DNA of 64,000 nt, taken from an uncultured virus (IMG/VR IMGVR_UViG_3300008050_007680). Lineage: Duplodnaviria; Heunggongvirae; Uroviricota; Caudoviricetes. Positions within the stretch are counted from its first letter, which is position 1. Every line of letters begins with the position of its first letter. The stretch covers positions 1 through 64,000 of the IMG/VR virus record IMGVR_UViG_3300008050_007680; one strand, written 5' to 3'. Shown piece after piece: positions 8,410 to 17,770 of this stretch. Below the pieces are notes generated by a model. It ran no database searches, was not told where the DNA came from, and was given only the letters and a program-made list of their open reading frames with translations. The translations under genes and the position numbers were made by a program.

Positions 8410-9127
8410 ATTTGAAAGGCCTGATCAAGAAAAGGCGTTCATTAACTCGCTTGACCCAAGTGGTATTGATGTATTAGTTTTAGCTGGTGACATTACATCA
8501 TCGAAACGTCTCTTGCCGACGATGAATTTAATCTGCAAGAGATACTCAGATGCGAAAGTTCTGTGGGTTCATGGAAACCACGTTTTTTATAGTTCTACAC
8601 GAAATGAAGTAGTTCAAAAAACTAATCAAGCCATTAGAGAAAATGAAAATCTTTTTTGGTTAGACAACACTATGGTAGTTATTGATGGCCAAAGGTTCAT
8701 TGGTGGACCTATGTGGTTCGATTTTAAGCAAGACAACTTTATGTATCATCAATGGCTAAATGATTTTAGCCAGATCAAGGATGATTATGATGTTTGGGTT
8801 TATAATGAAAATTCTAAGTTCAAGGACTTCTTGAGGAATAACGCACAAAGTGATGATATTATTATATCACACCACCTACCACACAACAAATCCGTTGCAT
8901 CTAGGTTCATAGGCTCTGAGCTTAACCGTTTCTTTGTTTGTGACATGCAGTCAGAAATACACTATATTGAACCTAAAATATGGATCCACGGACATACTCA
9001 TTTTAGCCTTGATTATGAAATACCCACTGAAAGTGGGTCAAAAACTAGAATTGTTGCAAACCCTAGAGGGTATGCTCATATGAATGAAAATTCGCGCTTT
9101 AATAAAGATTTCTCTATTGTTGTGTAA
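8375..9127 (+). CDS. metallophosphoesterase
   Basis: SDLHFE, LAGDI, GNH, SHHLP, HGHTH, NPRGY. Confidence 0.92.
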   Translation: MKIQILSDLHFEFERPDQEKAFINSLDPSGIDVLVLAGDITSSKRLLPTMNLICKRYSDAKVLWVHGNHVFYSSTRNEVVQKTNQAIRENENLFWLDNTMVVIDGQRFIGGPMWFDFKQDNFMYHQWLNDFSQIKDDYDVWVYNENSKFKDFLRNNAQSDDIIISHHLPHNKSVASRFIGSELNRFFVCDMQSEIHYIEPKIWIHGHTHFSLDYEIPTESGSKTRIVANPRGYAHMNENSRFNKDFSIVV

Positions 9128-9151
9128 ACATTCATTCGTATGTTATATAAA
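9123..9151 (+). promoter_or_regulatory. putative promoter TGTAAA-N17-TATAAA
   Basis: Recurring motif upstream of the HNH gene, which has an AAGGA RBS. Confidence 0.5.
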
Positions 9152-9173
9152 TTAATATAATAGCAAGGAAAAA

Positions 9174-9716
9174 ATGGAAACTTTAGTATTAGATGCAAGT
9201 TACAGGCCAATTGATAAAGTACATTGGACACGTGCATTTACTCTTATCTTTCTAGAGAAGGTAGAAGTAATTGAAGAATATGATAAAGTTGTTCATTCTT
9301 CAAGTGACGCTTGGCAAGTCCCATCAGTTATTAGATTTGTAACATACAAAAAAAATAGAAAAAGAGCTATAAAATTTTCAAGAGAAAATGTTTATATACG
9401 TGATAAAGGAAAATGTCAATATTGCCTTTTTAAAATAAAAAGACAAGAATTTACTTATGATCATGTTATTCCACGTGCGCAAGGTGGAAAGACAAAATGG
9501 AGTAATGTCGTAACAGCTTGCTATAGTTGTAACCAGAAAAAAAGCGACAGAACACCAGAACAGGCTAGGATGCAATTGGCCACTGAGCCTGTAAAACCTA
9601 AAAGCTTACCAAATGTATTAAGCTTTAATTTTGTATGGAGAGATGGTATGCCAGAAACATGGCAAAGCTATCTTTATGAACTAAAAGACTGGAACTCTTC
9701 AAGCTCTTTTCTTTAA
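9174..9716 (+). CDS. HNH endonuclease (McrA-like)
   Basis: LVLDASYRP, RD...CQYC, DHVIPRAQGG, NVVTACYSCNQKK. Confidence 0.93.
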   Translation: METLVLDASYRPIDKVHWTRAFTLIFLEKVEVIEEYDKVVHSSSDAWQVPSVIRFVTYKKNRKRAIKFSRENVYIRDKGKCQYCLFKIKRQEFTYDHVIPRAQGGKTKWSNVVTACYSCNQKKSDRTPEQARMQLATEPVKPKSLPNVLSFNFVWRDGMPETWQSYLYELKDWNSSSSFL

Positions 9717-9729
9717 AGCGTAATTTCTA

Positions 9730-9993
9730 ATGAGCAAGATACATGACATAGTAACCAATGTCTTTAAAAAAAAGACATTGGCACCAGATCCACAAACGGT
9801 ACTCATCAATGAAGAAAAAATGCTTCTATCGATGGTCGAAGACAAATACAAAAAAGATTTCTCAGTGTATTTAAAAACTTTAAGGATGACAGACGAATTA
9901 GAAGATTATATATCGGAAAACAAGCAAATATTGACGGCTACAAGCGAACTTATGACCAAACGCTATAAGCCAGATTCTAATAAGGATGTATAA
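9730..9993 (+). CDS. hypothetical protein
   Basis: ORF tiling with neighbours. Confidence 0.6.
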   Translation: MSKIHDIVTNVFKKKTLAPDPQTVLINEEKMLLSMVEDKYKKDFSVYLKTLRMTDELEDYISENKQILTATSELMTKRYKPDSNKDV

Positions 9994-9995
9994 CA

Positions 9996-11279
9996 TTGAC
10001 AAAAACAACACAACCAAAAATAAACGAAAAAGCTAAAATATCATATGTTTGTCGTTATGAGACGGAGATTGATAGACAGCTTGTTTGGTCACAAATGGGA
10101 CCTTACATAAAGACTGTCCTAGGTAGCGACATCAATAGCGGAGATATACTATTCGTTAAAGCTCCAATGAGAGCTATCAATGAAGTGTTTGATATGGATC
10201 TAACAAACCCAGGCGAAGACATAGACTTCTATTCTAGCTACAAGTCTAATGGTATTGTAAGGCTGAGCGAGTTGAAGGGTGATGATTTGCCATCTATCTG
10301 GTCTGTGTTAGTTCATAAAGACTCTGATGTAAAGATTATTTCGACTATCGAGCCATGTAAGTTTATAATTAAGGTTAGTGATTTAGACGCTTTTGAAGCT
10401 ATTCTAGCTGGTGTAAGTATAGCGCCAAAAGAATATACACTCGAAGCATTCGATAAGGTTCACTGGAATGATAAAACATTACAATTACGAAATGATCTTG
10501 AGTTTTTTGTAACGAATAAAACATTTTATGATAAAAGAGAAATGCCTTTTACACGCTCATATTTGTTTTATGGTCCTCCAGGAAATGGTAAAACAACAAC
10601 AATCAAAGCAGTCTCTAAATACCTAAATGCGCAAGCATCAACATTCGATTTTTCTGCAGCATCCCAATCTCCCGATTCAGATTTTCAAAACTGGGTTATG
10701 GGTGCTCCAGAATCTGAGCCAGACTATCCTACCCATTGGGATGATGAGGGGGACGAGACCATCCAGTATAAGAATTCAGGCACTGTACCTTTAAGGCTTC
10801 TTATATTAGAAGATGTTGATAGATTTTTTCCTAAATCCGGGCCCCCGCAAACGAATGTATCACTTAGTGCAATTTTGAATGCTTTAGATGGCGCTTTTGA
10901 AAGAAGGAACGTAATAATCATCGCAACGGCTAACAATCCGGAAGATCTAGATCAGCAAGTTCTTGCTAGGCCTGGTAGATTTGATAAGCAGATCTTTTAT
11001 GAAGAACCTTCTTTCGACGATGCTGTTTCATACTTGAAGGATCAGTTCACTGGCGAGAATGTTAAGTCGAAAACACTCAAAGCTGCTGCAAAGAAATTTA
11101 AGGGTCATTCATACGCCGTGTTAAGAGAAGTTTTTCTGACCTCGGCATCAAATGCATTTGCACGAAAAGCTGATAAGATTAATGATGAAGACGTTAATCT
11201 AACTACTACAAGCATGTTGGAGCAGTTCGATGGTAACGTGATGAAATCTTCGAAGACTACGTTCGGGTTTAGTGATTAA
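9996..11279 (+). CDS. AAA+ ATPase (BCS1-like)
   Basis: YLFYGPPGNGKT, ILEDVD, LSAILNALDG, ATAN, ARPGRFD. Confidence 0.92.
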   Translation: MTKTTQPKINEKAKISYVCRYETEIDRQLVWSQMGPYIKTVLGSDINSGDILFVKAPMRAINEVFDMDLTNPGEDIDFYSSYKSNGIVRLSELKGDDLPSIWSVLVHKDSDVKIISTIEPCKFIIKVSDLDAFEAILAGVSIAPKEYTLEAFDKVHWNDKTLQLRNDLEFFVTNKTFYDKREMPFTRSYLFYGPPGNGKTTTIKAVSKYLNAQASTFDFSAASQSPDSDFQNWVMGAPESEPDYPTHWDDEGDETIQYKNSGTVPLRLLILEDVDRFFPKSGPPQTNVSLSAILNALDGAFERRNVIIIATANNPEDLDQQVLARPGRFDKQIFYEEPSFDDAVSYLKDQFTGENVKSKTLKAAAKKFKGHSYAVLREVFLTSASNAFARKADKINDEDVNLTTTSMLEQFDGNVMKSSKTTFGFSD

Positions 11280-11575
11280 TGTCAAAAGTTATCGCATATA
11301 ATTTCGCTACAGAAGAGAAATTGAGTTTTGATGAAGAATACAGATGCGTAAATGCAGCTGCAGTCACAGACGTGAGCCACCCGCCATTTATGACATCGGG
11401 CTTAGATAACCTACAAGTCAAAAAGCTGCGTGATATGATAGCGGGTGATGTTGTATTCATCGAATGGGAAAAAGACAGGTTCTACAAACGGAATCTTGAG
11501 AGTCATGAATCGTTCGAGGATGATCATGTTCCAGGCCTTGTTGTTTGGAGAAAGGCGCGTATATTAGAGGTATGA
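11279..11575 (+). CDS. hypothetical protein
   Basis: TAATG overlap with the upstream gene. Confidence 0.6.
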   Translation: MSKVIAYNFATEEKLSFDEEYRCVNAAAVTDVSHPPFMTSGLDNLQVKKLRDMIAGDVVFIEWEKDRFYKRNLESHESFEDDHVPGLVVWRKARILEV

Positions 11576-11576
11576 A

Positions 11577-11849
11577 ATGAAATTAAACAACATCGAAAAA
11601 GTCGAGGATGACATAGAGGAAGTAACTGAGAGGCTAAATATAATTTCACGTGATGCTAAAGAAATTTCATCAAACGCTAGACGTGCAATTATTACTCTAA
11701 CCCGCGCAGTTAATGACTTCAACACAGCATTGAGGACATTAGCTGTGGCAGCAAAAAAAGCTGGAGATGTGCTTAATTTAGAGAAACGAAGATTTAATGC
11801 GATTAAATCAGAAGACAAGCGGCGCAACACACTAAAAGCAAAAAAATAA
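11577..11849 (+). CDS. coiled-coil hypothetical protein
   Basis: Heptad-like helical sequence; GAGG RBS. Confidence 0.6.
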   Translation: MKLNNIEKVEDDIEEVTERLNIISRDAKEISSNARRAIITLTRAVNDFNTALRTLAVAAKKAGDVLNLEKRRFNAIKSEDKRRNTLKAKK

Positions 11850-11850
11850 A

Positions 11851-13233
11851 GTGTCAAAGGCAGAATTTTTACTGTATAATCATAATATGCCAGTAAAAAT
11901 TCTGCCTAGATGTGATGCACTAGTATCAATAAGCGAAACATACCAAAAAGTAGAAAACATATTCTTCGGAAATATGCAGATATCACGCTTGCCTGATGGT
12001 TCTATCTTACCTATAGGTCAAAGCTCCCCTCTAGTTACACTGCAACACAACACAGAAAAATCACTGTTTTTTGATTTTTTTAAAGAGGCATGTAACAGAG
12101 CAGAATCTATAGGCCCAGGCAGCTCAAAGTTTCTCAATGCATTCTCTAAAAAAGTTTTTCTTAGCTTGAAAGACTCTGGTACCGAAGGCAAAAACTCAAT
12201 TAAGAAAGACATAAATTCACTCATTGAATCTTTATGTGAATATAGTGTAACACTTACAGACAGTAATGTTAAGCAGCTGCTGTCTGGCGTTATCGATGAT
12301 ACTACATTGGTTGATATAGTTTATGAGGCAATCCAATTAGCAGGAAACCAGTCAAAAATTTTTATTGAAGACTCTGTTTCAATGACTACGACAATCGAAA
12401 AAGTCGAGGGTTACACATTTAACATCTTTCCAGATGCTGCATTTTATACAAACGGAAGATGGAGAGAAAAAAATGTTAAATGTGTGATTGTTGATGGCAT
12501 AATTGATGTAATCTCTGAAATTGATACTATGTTATCAGAAGCGAGCGACAGCAAAACGGCTGTCGCAATCTTTGCTAGGGGTTTTAGCGATGATGTTATT
12601 AATACGCTGCGTACAAACAAAGCTAGAGGAACGCTAGACGTCATTCCGGTATGTGTTCCTTTTGATTTACAAAACGCAAATGTATTGAATGATATAGCTG
12701 CTGTATGCTCTGCAGATGTTATATCATCATTGAAGGGTGAAATGTTATCTACTGTATCACTCGACAATCTCAGTGTTGTCGGAAGCGTAGTATGCTCAAA
12801 TGGTTGTGTAACATTATCGAATGCATGCTCTAATAAAGGTGTCAAAAGGCAAATAGCATCTCTAAAGAAGAAAAGACTTGAGCAGAATGTACACGATGTT
12901 AAAGTCATTCTTGACAAAAGAATAAAATCACTGTCTTCATCTTCAGTTATTATCCGTATAGGGAAAGCATCACATATTAAAACGATCGACTTAAAGGAGA
13001 AGCTTGATATAGCTCTTAAAGTTATTCACTCAAGCTTAGTGCATGGGTTTATTGATTCGAGTATTTTAAAAGAAAGTATCAAAAATACTGATTATAGTGA
13101 ATACTTTGAGGGTATATTAACGACTGATTGGCTGTTGCCGACGGTTAGCGTGGCGTCAGCCATTAAATTTGGTACAACACTAGCATACACATTAGATGAC
13201 GTCGGTTTGGTGCTGTTAGATGATTCATTGTGA
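11851..13233 (+). CDS. divergent GroEL/Cpn60-like chaperonin
   Basis: EAIQLAG..IFIEDS..EGYTF, IFARGFSDDVINTLRTN..G, LNDIAAVC, RIKSLS..IRIG match the intermediate/apical domains; GDGTTT absent. Confidence 0.8.
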   Translation: MSKAEFLLYNHNMPVKILPRCDALVSISETYQKVENIFFGNMQISRLPDGSILPIGQSSPLVTLQHNTEKSLFFDFFKEACNRAESIGPGSSKFLNAFSKKVFLSLKDSGTEGKNSIKKDINSLIESLCEYSVTLTDSNVKQLLSGVIDDTTLVDIVYEAIQLAGNQSKIFIEDSVSMTTTIEKVEGYTFNIFPDAAFYTNGRWREKNVKCVIVDGIIDVISEIDTMLSEASDSKTAVAIFARGFSDDVINTLRTNKARGTLDVIPVCVPFDLQNANVLNDIAAVCSADVISSLKGEMLSTVSLDNLSVVGSVVCSNGCVTLSNACSNKGVKRQIASLKKKRLEQNVHDVKVILDKRIKSLSSSSVIIRIGKASHIKTIDLKEKLDIALKVIHSSLVHGFIDSSILKESIKNTDYSEYFEGILTTDWLLPTVSVASAIKFGTTLAYTLDDVGLVLLDDSL

Positions 13234-14223
13234 AAAGAATTTACCATATTTTTTGAGCATCATATCTGTGACTGCATCAGCAACTTTATTCGTCATCTTG
13301 TCTGCGTAGGGCACTTTTCTGCCGGCGTTTAATGAGTCGATAATGTCCTTCCGAAACGTCTCCGTTCTAGCCATCCCCTTTGATTGATCTAATGTGATGG
13401 GTGGACTCTTAGGAAATGAGGGTACATCAACTTTCTTAGCCGGATCATCTGGTAAAATATGACTTTTAGACTTCGGCACGTCTTGTGCGTCTTGTGGCTT
13501 ACTACCTAGAACGACATCCGCAGCTGCCTGCACGTCTTCAGGTTCAGCTACTGCTACATTTTTAATTTGATCAAGCGTTTTTTCATCTGCCTTCTTTGGT
13601 GGCAGCTCATTAGCGCTGTTTGTGACTACGTCAGATAACGTTTTCATCTGCGTAAATGAAAGCTTCAAAATCTGGTTTGCTGCAGCTTCATCATTGATAT
13701 AAGGAATACCCTTTATTTTGAGCCAGCCAAGAAGTCCGGGTGGCCGAAGAGAATTTAAAATAATTTTTCTTACCTTTTGTTGTTTAGCCACATCAAGCAT
13801 CGAGCTTAAAGCTGCATCTGGATCCCATGAACCATCGCCTCTACCAGAATCTAGTGATGTTCTTACAACGTTGGCAATTTTAGGCAACTGTCTCAATGTA
13901 TTTCCGATGCCAGTTTGGAATGCAGCAATTCTTCCTAACGTTGTAAATGAATCAGGAAGAATTTGCGAAACCCATGATCTTACTGGCCCCTGATTTAAGA
14001 GTTCCAACATCTCATCTGAAGCTTGTTGTATGCCACTGCGAAAGCCTTTTAATAAATTGAAAGCTGGATCTGATAACATCCTATCAAGTGCTTTCAATGA
14101 AGTACTTAGGTTCTCTAACTGATCATCATTTATTGCTTCTCGCAAAAGCTCAGGATTTTTCTTTATATTTTCCAATAATGTTTGTTGTTTAACTTCGAAA
14201 TTTTTCTTAAGTGTAGGTATCAT
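13225..14223 (-). CDS. hypothetical protein, possibly an internal virion protein
   Basis: 332-aa ORF; LLE/LRE near the N-terminus; ATAATTA motif just upstream. Confidence 0.7.
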   Translation of the reverse strand: MIPTLKKNFEVKQQTLLENIKKNPELLREAINDDQLENLSTSLKALDRMLSDPAFNLLKGFRSGIQQASDEMLELLNQGPVRSWVSQILPDSFTTLGRIAAFQTGIGNTLRQLPKIANVVRTSLDSGRGDGSWDPDAALSSMLDVAKQQKVRKIILNSLRPPGLLGWLKIKGIPYINDEAAANQILKLSFTQMKTLSDVVTNSANELPPKKADEKTLDQIKNVAVAEPEDVQAAADVVLGSKPQDAQDVPKSKSHILPDDPAKKVDVPSFPKSPPITLDQSKGMARTETFRKDIIDSLNAGRKVPYADKMTNKVADAVTDMMLKKYGKFFSQ

Positions 14224-14299
14224 ATTACGCCCGCTATAATTATAGTCTAATACTATATATTCTTTTAATAAACTAAAACATTATACAAAAGAGCAAAAC

Positions 14300-14548
14300 A
14301 TGGTAAAATTAGCACAGGAAAACAACATGAGCTTTGAAAGAGAAATGAATGTGGCAGTTAGAACGATGTTTGATTTTGCAAAAGCAGAAGCTACTAAGAA
14401 TCTATTAAGTGCTGTACGAAATAAAAAAATAACCATAGATGAAGCTAGATTACCTGGTATAGAACTCATCATTAATACAAGCATCGATGATGCTTTCAAA
14501 AAAAGTGCTAGACAAATTACTGGCGTTATCAAAAAATTTGAAGTGTAA
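14300..14548 (+). CDS. hypothetical protein
   Basis: TAATG coupling to the next gene. Confidence 0.65.
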   Translation: MVKLAQENNMSFEREMNVAVRTMFDFAKAEATKNLLSAVRNKKITIDEARLPGIELIINTSIDDAFKKSARQITGVIKKFEV

Positions 14549-15012
14549 TGCCCGCAGGTATTAAACATATCATCGAATGCCACTGCATCCTTCCCCAGTT
14601 TAAGAAAAGTCCAACACCTCCATACCATAAATTTGTAGTCTTCTCTATCATAGACGATAATGATGTTGTACAAGTAAAGCATGCTGCATGCAACAATTGT
14701 GGTGTTATTCATAAAGTTACAGATATTATGAAATCCGAAGTCTCTTTGGGTAATGAAAATGTCTCTAGTGTTATAAACATTGATGACATTAAACTTAGCT
14801 TAAATGACAACATCATTAAAACACTAGAATCTTATAAAGCAAGTTTAGCGACTTGGGAAGAAGCTGCATTTATTTTTGAATATGAAAAATGGGGCAGCAC
14901 TCTTGTGTTGTCTGCAGCTGACGATGGTGATCAGACTGTCGGAAAGATAATACGCATCAATAAAAACTCAATTAAAATAGAGCAATTCGCTTCAAATCAG
15001 TTTATAACATAG
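14548..15012 (+). CDS. putative metal-binding protein
   Basis: HIIECHC and CNNCGVIH motifs. Confidence 0.7.
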   Translation: MPAGIKHIIECHCILPQFKKSPTPPYHKFVVFSIIDDNDVVQVKHAACNNCGVIHKVTDIMKSEVSLGNENVSSVINIDDIKLSLNDNIIKTLESYKASLATWEEAAFIFEYEKWGSTLVLSAADDGDQTVGKIIRINKNSIKIEQFASNQFIT

Positions 15013-15013
15013 T

Positions 15014-15042
15014 TGTATATTATAATAACAAAGTGTTATTAT
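15014..15042 (+). promoter_or_regulatory. putative promoter TGTATA-N17-TATTAT (with TG extension)
   Basis: Recurring motif; ATG 5 nt downstream. Confidence 0.5.
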
Positions 15043-15047
15043 AAATA

Positions 15048-15272
15048 ATGAAATATGGCCAAACAGACGAAGAAAGAGAAGCGAATGAACTTCATAAGTG
15101 TCGAGAAATAAACTCCGAGATTAACCGGTACGGGATAACCGATGCCCAGAGGCTTCGGTTGATTTATCTATTATCACTAGAATTAGAAGATAGAACACAT
15201 TTAACACAAATTTCTTCTTTGATCAAAGATTTAGAGGCTGGCGAGAAAGCTGTAAGTACGCTTATTAAGTAA
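15048..15272 (+). CDS. hypothetical protein
   Basis: ORF directly upstream of the helicase. Confidence 0.65.
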   Translation: MKYGQTDEEREANELHKCREINSEINRYGITDAQRLRLIYLLSLELEDRTHLTQISSLIKDLEAGEKAVSTLIK

Positions 15273-15273
15273 T

Positions 15274-16917
15274 ATGAAGTATAACTATAAAGAGTTTTTT
15301 CCACATGATACAATAAGGCCCCAGCAAGATAATGCAATACAGCTAGCCTTAGAAGCTTTTTTAGAAAAGAAAAAAAGATTTGTTGTATTAGAGTTAGGAA
15401 CTGGGTGCGGCAAATCAGCCATTGGGGTTACTGTCGGCCGATATCTTCACTCTATAAACCAATCTGCACCTAATCCAGATTTAGAAACTGTATATGTACC
15501 TGGTACGTATGTATTGACGACACAAAAAGTCCTGCAAGATCAGTACATGAAAGACTTCAGCCCGTCGCCAATTGGTATGAGATCTATAAAGTCTGCAACA
15601 AATTTTACGTGTGGGTTCTATAAAGAGTCTTCATGCGCAGATAGTTTAAGAATTTTGCAAACAGAAAAGCCTGGCACTCCATTTTGGAGAAATTGCATAG
15701 GGAATTGTGTATATAAAAAAGAGAAAGAAAAATTCATAAATGCACCAATTGGTGTTACAAATTTCTCATATTTCTTAGCAGAAACGATGTACGGAGGGAA
15801 ACTGCCGCCGAAGCAGCTAATTGTCGTTGACGAAGCACATAACACAGAAGCTGAGCTTAGCAAATTTGTTGAAATAGCGTTCACGGAAAAATTCACAATT
15901 GACGTTCTTAAACTGGCCTGGCCAGAAAAAGCGACACAGGTTAGCGCGATGAAGTGGATAAAAACAGAATATCATCCTGCGCTTAATGACTACATCCTTA
16001 AAATTCAAAAAACGCTAGAAAAATTTAAAGGTCTTAAAGAAAAACTAGAGAACTTTAAAACGCTTGCTAGGCAAGTTGAAATGCTTGACAAACATTTTTC
16101 TAAAATTAACAGATTTCTAGAAATGTATTCAGAATCGAACTGGATTATGAATCTAGTTGAGGCATCCGAGCGTACAGGAAGAAAGTTTGAGTTTAAGCCA
16201 GTCGATGTAGGTCCCTTCTCAGAAGAATTGTTGTTTAGGCAGGCAGAACATGTAATTCTAATGTCTGCAACGATCGTTAATAAAGATGTTTTCTGTAAAA
16301 CGATCGGGATTCCAGAAGAGGATGTCGCTTTTCTATCTATTGATTCACCTTTCCCTATCGAAAACAGACCAGTTTATTATGCACCTGTAGGTGCTATGAC
16401 GATGGCGGAGCAACAAGCTACTTTACCTAAGATGGCAGAGATGGTAGCGTTAATCTTAGAACAACACAAGGGCGAAAAAGGAATTATTCATACGCATACC
16501 TTTAAAATAGCAAAATATCTTAAAGCAAATATCAAAAGTAGAAGGTTACTCGTACATCATTCTTTGAATAGAGAAGAAATAGTAGATAAGCACTGCAAAG
16601 CAAAAAATGGCACTGTACTGTTATCTCCATCTCTATCAGAAGGCATTGATCTAAAAGACAATCTAAGTCGGTTCCAGATTATATGTAAAATACCATATCC
16701 ATACTTAGGTGATAAACTTGTAAGAAAAAGAATGGCAAAATATAAAGAGTGGTACGGGTACCAAACAGCCAAATCAATAGTCCAGTCTGCTGGACGTTCT
16801 GTTAGAAATGACAAAGACCATGCCATAACATACATTTTAGATTCAAGCTGGGATTATTTCTTCAAAAGAAACAGAGATATGTTCCCAGAATCATTCATAA
16901 ATGCTATACAAGACTAA
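15274..16917 (+). CDS. DinG/XPD-family SF2 helicase with probable Fe-S cluster
   Basis: Q motif RPQQ, GTGCGKS, four Cys, DEAHN, MSAT, EGID, QSAGRSVR. Confidence 0.93.
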   Translation: MKYNYKEFFPHDTIRPQQDNAIQLALEAFLEKKKRFVVLELGTGCGKSAIGVTVGRYLHSINQSAPNPDLETVYVPGTYVLTTQKVLQDQYMKDFSPSPIGMRSIKSATNFTCGFYKESSCADSLRILQTEKPGTPFWRNCIGNCVYKKEKEKFINAPIGVTNFSYFLAETMYGGKLPPKQLIVVDEAHNTEAELSKFVEIAFTEKFTIDVLKLAWPEKATQVSAMKWIKTEYHPALNDYILKIQKTLEKFKGLKEKLENFKTLARQVEMLDKHFSKINRFLEMYSESNWIMNLVEASERTGRKFEFKPVDVGPFSEELLFRQAEHVILMSATIVNKDVFCKTIGIPEEDVAFLSIDSPFPIENRPVYYAPVGAMTMAEQQATLPKMAEMVALILEQHKGEKGIIHTHTFKIAKYLKANIKSRRLLVHHSLNREEIVDKHCKAKNGTVLLSPSLSEGIDLKDNLSRFQIICKIPYPYLGDKLVRKRMAKYKEWYGYQTAKSIVQSAGRSVRNDKDHAITYILDSSWDYFFKRNRDMFPESFINAIQD

Positions 16918-16999
16918 TTTCCTCTCAATGTTCTGATTACAAAAGCCTATCTTACCATTATAATACGTTATCTGTCAATGTACAGGAGGAAGTTATATA

Positions 17000-17203
17000 A
17001 TGGCGAAACAAGAAAATCAAAAAATCATTGAACAATGGGAAAGGCTTAAAACCCTACTTTCCGCAACCGAAGACGACGTAGTGAAGAATGCCAAGGGTAA
17101 TGCTTCTGCTGGTGTTCGCGCACGGAAAGGCCTGCGTTTGTTAAAAGCAGAAGCACACAGCTTAATTAAGCTAACTGTTCAAGAAACTAAAGAAAAAAAG
17201 TAA
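17000..17203 (+). CDS. histone H1-like nucleoid protein (Hc1 family)
   Basis: K..KGNASAGVRARKGL signature; AGGAGG RBS. Confidence 0.8.
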   Translation: MAKQENQKIIEQWERLKTLLSATEDDVVKNAKGNASAGVRARKGLRLLKAEAHSLIKLTVQETKEKK

Positions 17204-17214
17204 TTTCTTTATAT

Positions 17215-17258
17215 TCCCTAGGTCCTACGTACATACAACGAAATTTAGGACCTAGGGA
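17215..17258. terminator. 13-bp inverted repeat (terminator-like or protein-binding site)
   Basis: TCCCTAGGTCCTA-N18-TAGGACCTAGGGA; U-tract weak. Confidence 0.55.
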
Positions 17259-17440
17259 TATCCTATATCATTATCAATGTTCATTAGATGATGACCTCGA
17301 GACCCTAGATGACACTCATGTTAATATCCTAAGGATAAATAATAATGAGAACTGCAGGTATATAATCGGTGACAACAATTTAATGATGACAAAATTTGTA
17401 TGCCAACAATAATTAGAAATAATCTTAAGGAGAAATAAGT

Positions 17441-17770
17441 ATGGGCAAACGACAAGTACGATTAGACGTAGAGAAAAAAGGGCTAAAATGTGATAAGCCA
17501 CATTCTGCGTTATATAAAACAAGCCTAAAGGCGCCTGAAGCTGTTGAAGCTGTTGAAGCTGTTGAAGCTGTTGAAGCTGTTGAAGCTGTTGAAGCTGTTG
17601 AAGCTGTTGAAGCTGTTGAAGCTGTTGAAGCTGTTGAAGCTGTTGAAGCTAAGCCGATTGTTAAAAAACCAATTGTTAAAAAACCAATTGCTAAAAAGGT
17701 TCAACGTGGAAAAGTGAAACCAAGAACAACCCCTAGGGCTCGGAAGGCAAATCCAGATCAGACAGAATAG
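17441..17770 (+). CDS. low-complexity protein with (AVE)12 and KPI(V/A)K repeats
   Basis: AAGGAG RBS; repeat is in frame. Confidence 0.7.
   Translation: MGKRQVRLDVEKKGLKCDKPHSALYKTSLKAPEAVEAVEAVEAVEAVEAVEAVEAVEAVEAVEAVEAVEAKPIVKKPIVKKPIAKKVQRGKVKPRTTPRARKANPDQTE
17540..17647 (+). repeat. perfect 9-bp tandem repeat (GCTGTTGAA)x12
   Basis: Read directly; no synonymous variation. Confidence 0.97.

Noticed and set aside
2575..9716. HNH and GIY-YIG genes as intron-encoded homing endonucleases
   Set aside because: They are free-standing, short, and do not interrupt any recognisable gene
17316..17522. Minus-strand hydrophobic ORF as a holin or toxin
   Set aside because: Overlaps a better-supported + strand gene with a strong RBS; hydrophobicity is expected from antisense AT-rich sequence
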